Below are positions 63,171 through 64,000 of a DNA stretch of 64,000 nt, piece after piece. This stretch comes from Mytilus californianus (Eukaryota): positions 24,614,001 to 24,678,000 of the forward strand of contig NW_026262712.1 of assembly GCF_021869535.1 (NCBI RefSeq), read 5' to 3'. Every line of letters starts with the position of its first letter. Positions within the stretch are counted from its first letter, which is position 1. The notes below the pieces were generated by a model that did not search any database, was not told the DNA's origin, and saw nothing but the letters and a program-made list of their open reading frames with translations. A program made the position numbers and the translations under genes.

Positions 63171-63943
63171 TAAGCAGATATCTATATCAACAACCAATCA
63201 AATTGCTTAAAATACGTGAACATGGAAAGGAACCATTTTTAGTATTTCCTTTGCCGCTAGAGAGTTGTACTTGTCTTTCATAGTAACGATTGATATCCGA
63301 CAGCTGACATATCTTTTTTTAAATTAATTGAGACATCACCATGTTGTGTTATATATAAAGAGCATTAAGACATTTTACATCTGAATTAATACAAGAACAG
63401 TTTAATAGGAAATATGTAGTTCAATCAAATTCCTGTTATGAACTAACATTCAATTTGCTTTTGACTGACACAGTGACCTATTCTGCTAATATGTATATGT
63501 TTTATTTGGTAAAATGCACACCAGTCTCAAAGAGAAAATGCATATCGACGACAAAAACTGAAACCATCACTTGTATTGCCAAGTATGTATGTAAGTGTCC
63601 GCAGTTAGTTTTGGAGGTTTCGATGACATATATGTGTCTTATTTCTTAATATTGAACCTACGGTTTTAGATTTTTGTGTGATCACTGTATATTTTCTCCT
63701 AGTCATACAAATAAACAAGTATCTATCATCATTCTGTTCATGATACAATTGATCTATTATGTTTGTTTTGTTTGTTTGGGGATTTTCGTTATGGTTATTT
63801 GTCATTAATTTTTGTAAGAAGCGTGGGTCTGTTCGTGTTATGGTGGACCTTTCTGTTCTGAATTTATAAACCTCTCATTGTGTAAGTTATAATCCGGATG
63901 CCTTTTTATTCTTGGTAAATAAAAATAACACTACAAATTCCAT

Positions 63944-63985
63944 GCGTCCGAAGCTTTTCCCTGGTTTTACCTTCATCAGGAACGC
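63944..63985 (-). ncRNA. Minimal type I hammerhead-like motif
   Basis: GCGUUC-CUGAUGA-A-GG(uaaaa)CC-AGG-GAAA-AGCU-UC/GGACGC. Stem I has 6 bp and the core is intact, but extra bases precede GAAA. Confidence 0.6.
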
Positions 63986-64000
63986 TCAAACCCAAACGTT

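Overview
This is AT-rich eukaryotic (metazoan) DNA with introns; no prokaryotic operons, rRNA, tRNA genes or CRISPR arrays were found. The repeat families and gene content point to a bivalve, most likely a mussel (Mytilus); this is inference, not a database result. Host genes are all on the minus strand. (1) A tandem cluster has three phase-1/1 exons encoding a Methyltransf_FA (FAMeT-like) domain, at 16.0-16.5, 32.5-33.0 and 49.4-50.8 kb. Copies A and C are followed by PAN/apple-type exons and have decayed reciprocally: A has an open FAMeT exon and a broken PAN exon, while C has a triply broken FAMeT exon and open PAN exons. (2) A four-exon gene (about 59.4-63.1 kb) encodes a secreted Gly/Tyr/Arg-rich protein whose 150-codon frame is interrupted by one in-frame TAG. 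The rest is dominated by mobile DNA: a Penelope-like element (RT plus GIY-YIG) with its N-terminal part inverted, three families of RT-terminal Penelope-like fragments, several minimal type I hammerhead ribozyme motifs (one inside a 705-bp retrozyme-like element with 167-bp direct repeats), BEL/Pao, CR1-group and DIRS/Ngaro-like relics, TTAA-flanked and hAT MITEs, and a decayed transposase-like ORF. There is one assembly gap (45726-45894). All alignments and translations were done by eye, so coordinates of decayed elements are approximate.
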